Positions 1 through 7,613 of a DNA stretch of 27,404 bases are shown in pieces. The DNA is from Nanopusillaceae archaeon. GTDB taxonomy: Archaea; Nanobdellota; Nanobdellia; Nanobdellales; Nanobdellaceae. Each line of letters opens with the position of its first letter. Position 1 is the first letter of the stretch. A program made the position numbers and the translations under genes. The DNA is taken from contig JAWBIX010000002.1 in NCBI GenBank assembly GCA_038833255.1, positions 1 to 27,404 of the forward strand, written 5' to 3'. A model generated the notes under the pieces. It was not told where the DNA came from. It ran no database searches and was given only the letters and a program-made list of their open reading frames with translations.

Positions 1-664
1 AATTCTCTGTAGATACATTATATTTCTCTTTCAATTTAATTAAAAAATCTTCAATAGAAGAATAATCACTAATATCATATGCTTTTAGAACTGCTTCCTT
101 CTGCACTTTATTTAAGAGATAATTTAAGCATATTATTGGATTTTTAAGCTTTGAAGGGTCTATAGAACCTAAAATTGCTAGAATTTCTTCCCTTTTCGGA
201 AAAATAATTCCTGGTGTATCTATTAAATATACTTTTTTAGATAATTTTACCAATTGAATTCCTTTCGTAAATCCAGGCATTGGAGAAGTTTTAGCTCTAC
301 TTCTACCAACTAATAAATTTATTGTTGAGGATTTACCTGTATTTGGGTATCCAAAAACTCCAATATATACCTTATCTTTATTTTTCGGTATTCTTTCCTT
401 TATTTTTCTTCTTAATTCTCTACTTCCTTTTCTAGTCTTACAAGAAATATATACGGTAGGAAATTCCATTTCAAATTCATCTTTTACCATATATAAAAAA
501 TCCTCTGGAACAAGATCTGACTTGTTTATTACAATTATAAGTTCTTTACCTTTCTTTTTAATTATTTTTTCTATTTTATTAATTCTACTATCCTTTGGAA
601 ATCTAGCATCAACTACTTCTAATAGTATATCTGACATTTCAAGAATTTTGTATACTTTATTCAT
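1..664 (-). CDS. Circularly permuted GTPase (YlqF/RbgA/MJ1464-like ribosome-biogenesis GTPase), C-terminus cut by the window edge
   Basis: My own minus-strand translation from the ATG at 664-662 gives MNKVYKILEMSDILLEVVDARFPKDSR...NKSDL...GYPNTGKSS...DTPG. The motif order G4 (NKSD), then G1 (GxxxxGKS), then G3 (DTPG) is the permuted order of this family. The frame stays open to position 1. It is not in the ORF track because it is truncated. Confidence 0.8.
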   Translation of the reverse strand, partial: MNKVYKILEMSDILLEVVDARFPKDSRINKIEKIIKKKGKELIIVINKSDLVPEDFLYMVKDEFEMEFPTVYISCKTRKGSRELRRKIKERIPKNKDKVYIGVFGYPNTGKSSTINLLVGRSRAKTSPMPGFTKGIQLVKLSKKVYLIDTPGIIFPKREEILAILGSIDPSKLKNPIICLNYLLNKVQKEAVLKAYDISDYSSIEDFLIKLKEKYNVSTEN

Positions 665-779
665 TATTTAATAAATATATTTAAAATTATTATAAAATCC
701 TTTGTATTTTTCTTTTCCATTAGATTTTAACCCCAATATTTAATTTAAAATTTATAAATAAGTTAAACATTATTAATTT

Positions 780-977
780 ATGGCAAAAAGAAGAGGTAAA
801 ACTTTAAAAGAAACTATCTTAGAACTTTTGTCAACACCAAAAACTCTAGAAGAATTAATAAAACAAATAAAAAATAAAAAACCAAGAACAAAAATAAGAG
901 TAATTAAAGCCCTTGTATCAAGATTGAAAAAACTTGGTAAAATAGCAGAAAAAGATGGAAAACTAAAAGCCCAATAA
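780..977 (+). CDS. Small basic protein, probable minimal winged-helix DNA-binding protein
   Basis: 65-aa ORF from the track. The helix-helix-helix-wing pattern (TLKETILELL / LEELIKQI / IRVIKALVSRLKKLG / KIAEKDGK) and the Lys/Arg richness suggest a wHTH. No specific family was recognised. Confidence 0.4.
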   Translation: MAKRRGKTLKETILELLSTPKTLEELIKQIKNKKPRTKIRVIKALVSRLKKLGKIAEKDGKLKAQ

Positions 978-1026
978 TCTGTTTTTTATTTTTTCATCAT
1001 TTATCAGAAGAACCGATGATCTTCAT
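978..1026 (-). ncRNA. Candidate C/D-box sRNA (box-to-box core)
   Basis: The minus strand reads ATGAAGA-tcatcggttctt(12)-CTGA-taa-ATGATGA-aaaaataaaaaa(12)-CAGA. This is the archaeal C / 12-nt guide / D' / 3-nt loop / C' / 12-nt guide / D layout. The same box variants and spacing recur at 13763-13811. Confidence 0.45.
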
Positions 1027-1066
1027 TATGAATATAATTTAATAATTAAAAAGATATTTATTTTAT

Positions 1067-1138
1067 GGGCCCGTAGTCTAGCGGTAGGATGCCGGCCTGG
1101 CTAGCCGGAGATCCCGGGTTCAAATCCCGGCGGGTCCA
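1067..1138 (+). tRNA. tRNA-Ala (anticodon GGC), no encoded CCA
   Basis: Hand-folded cloverleaf. The acceptor GGGCCCG/CGGGTCC carries the G3:U70 alanine identity pair. The anticodon stem is CCGGC/GCCGG, the loop is CTGGCTA, the T arm is CCGGG-TTCAAAT-CCCGG and the discriminator is A. By hand count 49 of 72 nt are G+C. Confidence 0.85.
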
Positions 1139-1140
1139 GA

Positions 1141-1148
1141 TTTTTTTT
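1141..1148 (+). terminator. Oligo-T tract (T8) immediately after tRNA-Ala, a probable archaeal intrinsic terminator
   Basis: The run tttttttt begins 3 nt after the tRNA discriminator base. Archaeal RNA polymerase terminates at oligo-T tracts. Confidence 0.45.
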
Positions 1149-1150
1149 AT

Positions 1151-1513
1151 TTAAATTTTTGCCTTTTTACCTGGAGATCCTAAAGATTTTGCAATTTTTT
1201 CCCAATCTTCCCCAAAATAAGTTTTGTAAAGATCAATTATTTTCTTATTTAAAAGATTATCTCTTTTTAATTTCCAATAAGAAACAGGAATTTTATTTTC
1301 TAACATCTTCTCTACTACTTCTTCCGTACTAGCACCAGGCCTTATTGGTATTACTTGAGGTAAAAGCTCTAAATGCTTTATATTAACTCTTCTCCTTTTC
1401 ACATCCCCATCAATTATAACAAAATTTTCATCTAAGATTTCAACTATTACACATCTTCTACCAGCCTCCCTCCCTCTTAATTTTACACATAGTCTTCCAA
1501 TTTCGACTACCAT
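1151..1513 (-). CDS. rpl14e: Ribosomal protein eL14 (L14e) with a C-terminal extension
   Basis: The N-terminus MVVEIGRLCVKLRGREAGRRCVIVEILDENFVIIDG...KRRRVNIKHLE matches the L14e KOW-domain signature. It lies downstream of L34e as in other archaea. Confidence 0.85.
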   Translation of the reverse strand: MVVEIGRLCVKLRGREAGRRCVIVEILDENFVIIDGDVKRRRVNIKHLELLPQVIPIRPGASTEEVVEKMLENKIPVSYWKLKRDNLLNKKIIDLYKTYFGEDWEKIAKSLGSPGKKAKI

Positions 1514-1527
1514 TTGGTTATTTTTTA

Positions 1528-1791
1528 TTAAATATTTTTAAGAATATATTTTTCTCTTATTTTACTCTTTAATAATCTTTCTAAACACTTATGACATAGA
1601 TATCCACCATAAATTCTAGATACTCTTTTTTGAGTTTTATTTATTCTTGCTAGGTCCCTAGGATGTTCTCTAACTACTCCATTCAAAATTTTTTTACATA
1701 TTGCACATTTAGCATAATCTCCCTTCTTTTTTTTAATTATTATTGTAATTCTACCAGAAGGTGTTTTTCTTTTTAATATTCTTTTTCCCAT
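1528..1791 (-). CDS. rpl34e: Ribosomal protein eL34 (L34e)
   Basis: 87 aa. It has the KRKTPSGR motif, the CxxC...CxxC zinc ribbon (CAICKK...CHKC) and RxYGG. It sits in the secY-L34e-L14e context. Confidence 0.85.
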   Translation of the reverse strand: MGKRILKRKTPSGRITIIIKKKKGDYAKCAICKKILNGVVREHPRDLARINKTQKRVSRIYGGYLCHKCLERLLKSKIREKYILKNI

Positions 1792-1824
1792 TATGATGTT
1801 CTTAGCAGAAATTATTTAAAAAAC

Positions 1825-3183
1825 TTATTTTATCAAATATTTTCCAATAAGAGGCAAGTATTGTATTGCTCCGTTTCTTTCTAATTCCATATACATTTGA
1901 GATGCTATCACTACTAAAAGTAGTAATGATATACCAGAGACTGCAACACCAAGTATATCTGAAATTGCGGCTATAAATCCTATCATAATACCTGACAAAT
2001 ATGCTAATGTATTAATATATTTCTCTAAGGTTTTTTCTATTAATCTTGGATCCCTATACTTTAAAGTTTGTATTGGCATTGTTTGCAAATATTTTGCAAT
2101 TGTTTTTGCATCCATACCAGAAGTTGTAACCCACATATAAGAAAATAACATACCGCCTATCACAAAAATTATTAAATAAAACAATATATGAAATATATTA
2201 AAGAGATCTAATAAATAAGAAAGCCCATATTGGGATATATTAATTATTAAGTTTGGGGGTAAAAATAATCGATAAAGAATAGAATTTGGATTTCTTCCAA
2301 ATATTACTTGAAACCATGTTATTATACCATATAAGAATATTGCTGGAAGTACTGATGTATATAAAAGATTTAGGGGATATTTTATTATTCTTCCACCAAT
2401 ATTAATATATAATAATGGAATTTCTATTTTCACAGATTGTAAATACGCTACAAGTGCTAAAATAGCAAAAGTTAGCAAAACTTTAAATATTAGAGCTAAA
2501 GCAAAAGAGATGTTTCCCTGTATTAAATAAACTATTGCTTGAGGTAGTAAACCTGTTGGCATATATAAACCATGTATAGCATACTGCGGAGATGGTACTG
2601 GATTAAATATTCTTAATGCTACTGATATACTAATCGAAACGAAAATAATTAAATTTATTCCTGAAAGAACTCCATATTTTGCTGAAAAATCATCTAGTAA
2701 AATAATTATAAGTCCTCCTAAAAACAATTGCAAAAATATTATAAAATATAATATTGGTAGAGATATTGGTAAATTATGATCTGGAATAACATTTCCAGAC
2801 AATATAAAAGAAATAGATTGTATTAATAAAAAAATTATTGATAAAAATTTAACATAGGAATCATATTTGGCTCTGCTTTCCTCATCAAAAATATTTATAT
2901 TAACAATTCCGCTAAATACCAACAATTGCATAAATAAACCAGCCATAATAATTGGTGCTATGCCTACTGTTGCTAAAGTACCTATATGTGATCCAAAAAC
3001 CCACATAAATTCTAAAAATCTTTGACTAATTACGGGAGATATTCCAAATATTGGGATTGAAGCCAGTAAAACATAAATTACTATAACTAATATTGAGTTT
3101 TTTATTTTTTCTTCAACTGTCAATGGTCTTTCTGGGGGTTTTACAGTTGGTAAATATTCTAAAATTTCATCAATTTTTAACAT
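1825..3183 (-). CDS. secY: Preprotein translocase subunit SecY
   Basis: 452-aa polytopic membrane protein. The N-terminus (LPTVKPPERPLTVEEKI) and about 10 hydrophobic segments are typical of archaeal SecY/Sec61alpha. Its position relative to L34e/L14e fits. Confidence 0.9.
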   Translation of the reverse strand: MLKIDEILEYLPTVKPPERPLTVEEKIKNSILVIVIYVLLASIPIFGISPVISQRFLEFMWVFGSHIGTLATVGIAPIIMAGLFMQLLVFSGIVNINIFDEESRAKYDSYVKFLSIIFLLIQSISFILSGNVIPDHNLPISLPILYFIIFLQLFLGGLIIILLDDFSAKYGVLSGINLIIFVSISISVALRIFNPVPSPQYAIHGLYMPTGLLPQAIVYLIQGNISFALALIFKVLLTFAILALVAYLQSVKIEIPLLYINIGGRIIKYPLNLLYTSVLPAIFLYGIITWFQVIFGRNPNSILYRLFLPPNLIINISQYGLSYLLDLFNIFHILFYLIIFVIGGMLFSYMWVTTSGMDAKTIAKYLQTMPIQTLKYRDPRLIEKTLEKYINTLAYLSGIMIGFIAAISDILGVAVSGISLLLLVVIASQMYMELERNGAIQYLPLIGKYLIK

Positions 3184-3230
3184 TTTTTAAAATATTTTTA
3201 GAAGATTTATAAAAATTACATAAATTGGTT

Positions 3231-5222
3231 TTATCTTTGCTGTTTTCCAAAAGAGCCCAAATCTAAAGGAACATCAGAAAATCCTCCATACGTCATTGTT
3301 AAAGTTGGTAAATCTGCAATATAAACAGATGCATAATACGTAGGAAGAATAGGTAATTTATAAAATGTTTCTACATTGTAATCTTTAATTGGGAATGTAT
3401 ATGATATAAAATACGAGTATTCTGGTCCAAAATATTTAAAGAAATTACCAGAATACCATCCTCCAACTTCATGAACAACAGATATTCCTTTTTCAGCTAA
3501 TAAATCTTTTAATTCTTCTATTTCCATCTTTATAATTTCGTCTTTTTCCATTCCTAATGGAATATGAACATCTTCTCCATATTTACTTTCAGAAATATGA
3601 ATATGTCTTATATATGGTTTCATTTCGTTAATCCATCTTTTTATATCTTCTTTTTCATACCCATATTTTTCAAACAATTTTAAATGCGCTACATCTAAAG
3701 TTATTCCAATATATTTATCGACAAAATTTTCTAAATTTCCAAATTTTTCTACAATTTTGTTTTTTACTTCAGGATGTTTATCTAAAATTTCAAAAAGAGC
3801 TTTTCTAGCTTTTTCAACAAATTCCTTTAAAATTTCTGGTCTAGAAATTGCATCTTCTGGATAAACATGTTCAAAATATATTTTTGGAAATACTACATCT
3901 ATTGAATTCAATTTTTCTTTATCTTTTTTTATATCCTCTAAAAAGCGATCTAAACTTCTTTTGAAAGAATCAATAGCAGAATCTATTGCTACTGCAGGGA
4001 AAGGTTTTAAAATTGGATAACGCATATTTTCAAGTTCTTGCAAAGCAAAATTTAAAATTAAGTAAGTTTTTCCTTCTATTAAATTTAAAAAATCTTTATA
4101 GATATTAGAATTGTCAATTATCTCCCTAATTTTTTTCCTACTTTCTATTTCTCCGATTCCATATTCTTTTGATACATTTTGAATTTGTTCACTAATATTA
4201 TCTATCTTTTTTCTTAATTCACTTAAATAATTAAGAGCTAACGGTACATATTTTATTTCAACATTTTGTTCTTCTTTTTTATACAAATAACTAGAATACA
4301 TAAAACTCAAAGTTGAGTATAGATCGTCTATATACATCTTTAAATTATTTAAATATCCTAAAAAGAATCCTGTAGATAAATCTCTTTCAAAATATAAATT
4401 ATTCAGCTTTTTTATTTCTTTTCCCAGTTTATCAATCTTTTCTAAAACATCCCTTAAAATTTTATTAAAATATTCTTCATTATACTTATATAACCTGTCC
4501 ACAATTGTTTCTTCTATTTCCTTTTTAGCTATTTTCTCTTGCATTTCCATGAGCTTTTCAGATAGATGACGTCTATCATATAGATCCAAATACCCTGTTA
4601 TTATATATCCTTTAGGTAATTCTGTAACTGTTGGCATTGAAATTGAAAATACCCATGCTGGTAAGTCATTAGGATCCTTAATCTTATATAAATCTTCCTT
4701 TTTTAATAATCCTAAATAAACTAACTTATTTTTTAAATCATTAAATTTCTCAGGATTTTCTCTTAAAAATTCTTTCAATTTTTCTTCATATTTTTTATCC
4801 CAAGAAATTCCAGATATTGCTGAAGTGGCATGAATAACCACTTTTATACTATCTCCATAAATCCTTCCAAGATTGGCTGCTGTATCTAATATAGATTTTA
4901 ATTCATACGCAACCTTTTCTTTACCTAAATCGTCAATAATATATCCGCTTTCGCTAGTTCGCATTCCAGTTAATATTGGAAATATGTTCCCCTGACTAGA
5001 TATAAATGGCGCATGAATACTTAAATCTATTTTATTTACTCTTGCTTTTCTTGCAATTTCATCCCATATTTCTTTTGGAATTTGAGACCAATGTCTGAAT
5101 GTAGCTAGATTTATCTCTACTCCAGGATATCCTAATCTTATTTTATTTTCAAGTTCTTCCAACTGATTTACTATTTCTGGATTTGTTGATGTTGATTGTC
5201 TTCTTTTAAATACTTCTTCCAT
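3231..5222 (-). CDS. Xylose-isomerase-like / endonuclease IV-like metal-binding TIM-barrel protein with a roughly 300-aa helical insertion; function unknown
   Basis: A set of ligand-like motifs appears in the order and approximate spacing of AP-endonuclease family 2. These are LSIHAP (H70), VVIHA (H131), then a gap to about aa 440, then IYFEHV (E451), LDVAHL (D510/H513), IRHIHISE (H540/H542), EDVHIPLG (D551/H553) and VVHEVGG (E585). Residues about 140-440 are helical and coiled-coil-like (EKLMEMQEKIAKKEIEE..., ELRKKIDNISEQIQN...). Confidence 0.55.
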   Translation of the reverse strand: MEEVFKRRQSTSTNPEIVNQLEELENKIRLGYPGVEINLATFRHWSQIPKEIWDEIARKARVNKIDLSIHAPFISSQGNIFPILTGMRTSESGYIIDDLGKEKVAYELKSILDTAANLGRIYGDSIKVVIHATSAISGISWDKKYEEKLKEFLRENPEKFNDLKNKLVYLGLLKKEDLYKIKDPNDLPAWVFSISMPTVTELPKGYIITGYLDLYDRRHLSEKLMEMQEKIAKKEIEETIVDRLYKYNEEYFNKILRDVLEKIDKLGKEIKKLNNLYFERDLSTGFFLGYLNNLKMYIDDLYSTLSFMYSSYLYKKEEQNVEIKYVPLALNYLSELRKKIDNISEQIQNVSKEYGIGEIESRKKIREIIDNSNIYKDFLNLIEGKTYLILNFALQELENMRYPILKPFPAVAIDSAIDSFKRSLDRFLEDIKKDKEKLNSIDVVFPKIYFEHVYPEDAISRPEILKEFVEKARKALFEILDKHPEVKNKIVEKFGNLENFVDKYIGITLDVAHLKLFEKYGYEKEDIKRWINEMKPYIRHIHISESKYGEDVHIPLGMEKDEIIKMEIEELKDLLAEKGISVVHEVGGWYSGNFFKYFGPEYSYFISYTFPIKDYNVETFYKLPILPTYYASVYIADLPTLTMTYGGFSDVPLDLGSFGKQQR

Positions 5223-5223
5223 C

Positions 5224-6852
5224 TTAGTAGTTTAATAGTCCAAAAGTCTTCTTAAACGCATTATAGATTGTCCATCCCTTATCCTTTATCGACATCTTTA
5301 AATTTTCTTTTTCTATCTCTATTTTCTTTTTTACATTTGAATATTTCAAAGCAGATAAATCTTTTCCAAAGGAAACAATAAATTCGAATAATTTATAAAA
5401 TATATCTAAAAAATCTTTATATGCTGGAAATAACATAGAAACTGTACTTTCTTTAGTTTCCTTATTGTTCTTTTTTACTTCTTTATTTTTCTCTAATGGA
5501 AGATATTTCTTTATCCATTCTAATCCTCTTGTTATATTTTTATCAACCCTTTCTAAATTCTCAATAAACTCTCTAGTCCAAGTTATATCCTCTGGTTTCT
5601 TTATATCTGTCTTTTTAAAATATTTTTTTGTTTCCTCTAAAAGATCTTTATTTGAAATAATTTTATCAAATATATAATAATTACAAATAGCTGAAGCTAT
5701 TTGCTTTAAAAATTCTTCAGTTAGTCCTTCAATATATAAAAGGTCTTCAATTTCTTTAGAAGCAATTAGTTCATCGTATTCGCTTTTTTCTAATAAATAT
5801 GCCCTGTAAATAATATCTATTCTTCCAAAATATGTATAAATTGGAGATCTTTCTGGAGATATGGCTTGTAAAGTTGGTCTAGATCTTGACAAGATATTAA
5901 TTTCATAAACTGGTATATATTTTTTAGTAACTAATTCTTTTTTATTAAAATCCCATTCACTAATTTCTTTCTCTGCATCAGAAGCTAACAGATCGATTTC
6001 TATCATTACAGATTCTAGAGATTTTACCAAATCTGGATTATCATAGTTTTTTTGAATTAACATTTTTGCTGCTTTAAGATAAGGCTTTGCTATTTCAGTA
6101 TAATATACTAAAGAATTTATTTGATGAATTAAATATGCTTTTAGCATCCTTTCTCTTTCTCTTATATATTTTTCCGATTGCTCTAACCAATTATAAAATT
6201 CTGTTAATCTTGATTTTAGAATAGATATAACTCTTTCATTAACGATATTATTTTTTTCGTAATATGAAATATCTATAAAATTATTGTGAGATAATACACT
6301 TTTATTTACTATTTCTTTTTTAATAAGTTCTCTCAACTTCTCCTCATATTCAACAGCAATAAATAGATCTACTATTGTAGAATATCCAAGTCTTCCTCTA
6401 AGATTCATTAAGCTAGTAGCCCCTTTCTTAGAATCAACATTATCTAACCATATTGACTTTAAAGCTTTTAGGGCTACAAATGAAATTTCAGGATTATCAG
6501 ATTTTAATTCATCGTATCTAGCAATTCTTTCAGCAATAATAGTTCTATATTCATTGTCTATACTTATTATAGATTTTATTATTGTATTTATTAATCCTCC
6601 AAGTTTAGTTGCATTATCTAAAATAGTTATTTCTCTTCTGACAATATCAGTAAAAAAGGCGGAAGCAATAGAACCACCAAATTCGTCAGATATTTTTAGA
6701 ACATTTAATTTTAAATTATCTCTAAGAAAATCAAGTAACCAAAAGTAAATTTGTTCTAATCTATATCTTGGATTATCTATAACTATTTTAGCTTCAAATA
6801 ATTTGTGTTTTTCTCCTATTTTTTCTTGCCTTAATTCATCTAAGGATACCAT
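5224..6852 (-). CDS. Large alpha-helical hypothetical protein, coupled to the downstream TIM-barrel gene
   Basis: The track ORF is 5224..6951 (575 aa). I prefer the internal ATG at 6852 (MVSLDELRQEK...). The extra 33 codons would overlap the divergent gene that starts at 6921, and they read like reverse-complemented promoter DNA. The stop at 5224-5226 lies 1 nt from the next start at 5222. I saw no P-loop or other catalytic motif. Confidence 0.55.
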   Translation of the reverse strand: MVSLDELRQEKIGEKHKLFEAKIVIDNPRYRLEQIYFWLLDFLRDNLKLNVLKISDEFGGSIASAFFTDIVRREITILDNATKLGGLINTIIKSIISIDNEYRTIIAERIARYDELKSDNPEISFVALKALKSIWLDNVDSKKGATSLMNLRGRLGYSTIVDLFIAVEYEEKLRELIKKEIVNKSVLSHNNFIDISYYEKNNIVNERVISILKSRLTEFYNWLEQSEKYIRERERMLKAYLIHQINSLVYYTEIAKPYLKAAKMLIQKNYDNPDLVKSLESVMIEIDLLASDAEKEISEWDFNKKELVTKKYIPVYEINILSRSRPTLQAISPERSPIYTYFGRIDIIYRAYLLEKSEYDELIASKEIEDLLYIEGLTEEFLKQIASAICNYYIFDKIISNKDLLEETKKYFKKTDIKKPEDITWTREFIENLERVDKNITRGLEWIKKYLPLEKNKEVKKNNKETKESTVSMLFPAYKDFLDIFYKLFEFIVSFGKDLSALKYSNVKKKIEIEKENLKMSIKDKGWTIYNAFKKTFGLLNY

Positions 6853-6920
6853 TGATATAATTTTATGTTTATTCTGAAAGATAAAAAGATTATTTATTAT
6901 AAAAAGTAAAATATTACATA
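6853..6920. promoter_or_regulatory. Divergent promoter region with TATA-like boxes for both flanking genes
   Basis: tttattataaaaa is centred about 24 nt upstream of the ATG at 6921. On the other strand ctttttatctt is centred about 28 nt upstream of the ATG at 6852. Both are consistent with leaderless or short-leader archaeal transcripts. Confidence 0.35.
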
Positions 6921-7442
6921 ATGAGATATCATTTAATAATATTACCGACAAAAGGTTTTTCGGAAGAAGATCTTGTAAATTTTATTGAAATTATTAAGGG
7001 AAAAGTATATGTGGCTACACCTAATAAAAAAGTAGCTATTGGTAAGTATGGTTCGAAAATTTTTCCTGATTTTTCAATAAAAGAAATATTTTTACTTAAA
7101 GATACTTTTTTTGATGATTTAATAATTATATCTGATGATGGGTTTAAAGAATTACTTACGCCAGAAGTTTCTGCTATTTTTGCAAGATTTTTATATTCAA
7201 AAAAACCAGTTATCTTATCCTCCTTAGCACAAATAGGTATTGCAAAAATGGAGTTAATAAACGGAAGAATGATCACTTTTAATAACATAGATTTTCCAGA
7301 ATATATGAAAGTCGTAAGAAACTTAAAAGTAAACTTTATTGACTTACCTTGTTATATAGACGATAATTTAATAACAACTAAAGGAAGAGAGTTTGTTTTT
7401 GATTTAGAAGATTTTTTAATTGATTTAAGTTTAACAAAATAG
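6921..7442 (+). CDS. DJ-1/PfpI-superfamily (class I glutamine amidotransferase-like) protein lacking the nucleophile Cys
   Basis: 173 aa. It can be aligned by eye to PfpI-type proteins: LPTKGFSEEDL..., DDLIIISDDG, KKPVILSSLAQIGIAKMELINGRMITF and IDDNLITTKG. The canonical ...ICHG... nucleophile elbow is replaced by ...SSLA.... Confidence 0.55.
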   Translation: MRYHLIILPTKGFSEEDLVNFIEIIKGKVYVATPNKKVAIGKYGSKIFPDFSIKEIFLLKDTFFDDLIIISDDGFKELLTPEVSAIFARFLYSKKPVILSSLAQIGIAKMELINGRMITFNNIDFPEYMKVVRNLKVNFIDLPCYIDDNLITTKGREFVFDLEDFLIDLSLTK

Positions 7443-7527
7443 CGCCGCGGGAGGGATTCGAACCCTCGCCCCCTTTTCGGGGATCTGGTCTCGAGCCAGA
7501 CCCCTTGGTCCACTCGGGCACCGCGGC
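7443..7527 (-). tRNA. tRNA-Ser (anticodon CGA) with a long variable arm, no encoded CCA
   Basis: The reverse complement is GCCGCGG-TG-CCCG-AGTGGACCAA-GGGG-T-CTGG?C... and folds as follows. The acceptor is GCCGCGG/CCGCGGC, the anticodon stem is TCTGG/CCAGA and the loop is CTCGAGA. The variable arm is TCCCCGAAAAGGGGGC, the T arm is GAGGG-TTCGAAT-CCCTC and the discriminator is G. Confidence 0.9.
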
Positions 7528-7613
7528 ATAAATTTCTATTAGTAGTTTAAAAATAAAAAGAAATTGTATTTAAAGTAGCATTAAAATACTTTAAATAAAA
7601 TTTAGGATCTATT

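Noticed and set aside
5465-5677. A set of 60-136-aa ORFs lie antisense to, or out of frame within, confidently assigned genes. They are 5465..5677, 6554..6748, 6929..7288, 7678..7860, 7899..8096, 8273..8683, 11389..11613, 14272..14571, 15797..16069, 16085..16309, 16320..16511, 18913..19275, 20416..20637, 22328..22627 and 23184..23411.
   Set aside because: All are fully nested in, or mostly overlap, genes with clear family signatures. Their translations are low-complexity Phe/Ile/Ser/Leu/Asn strings typical of the reverse strand of Lys/Glu/Ile-rich AT-rich coding sequence. Stop codons are depleted on the antisense strand of such genes, so these are shadow ORFs.
6853-6951. The N-terminal 33 codons of the track ORF 5224..6951 (MSVILLNDISLCNILLFIINNLFIFQNKHKIIS) could be read as a membrane anchor.
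   Set aside because: This stretch would overlap the 5' end of the divergent gene that starts at 6921, and it would consume the only available promoter DNA. The internal ATG at 6852 leaves TATA-like boxes at sensible distances for both genes. A transmembrane-anchored longer isoform cannot be strictly excluded.
7443-7527. Either tRNA could be split, permuted or intron-containing, as is known in Nanoarchaeum.
   Set aside because: Both tRNAs fold as contiguous, complete cloverleaves with intact anticodon loops. No bulge-helix-bulge insert or half-tRNA with a leader complement is evident.
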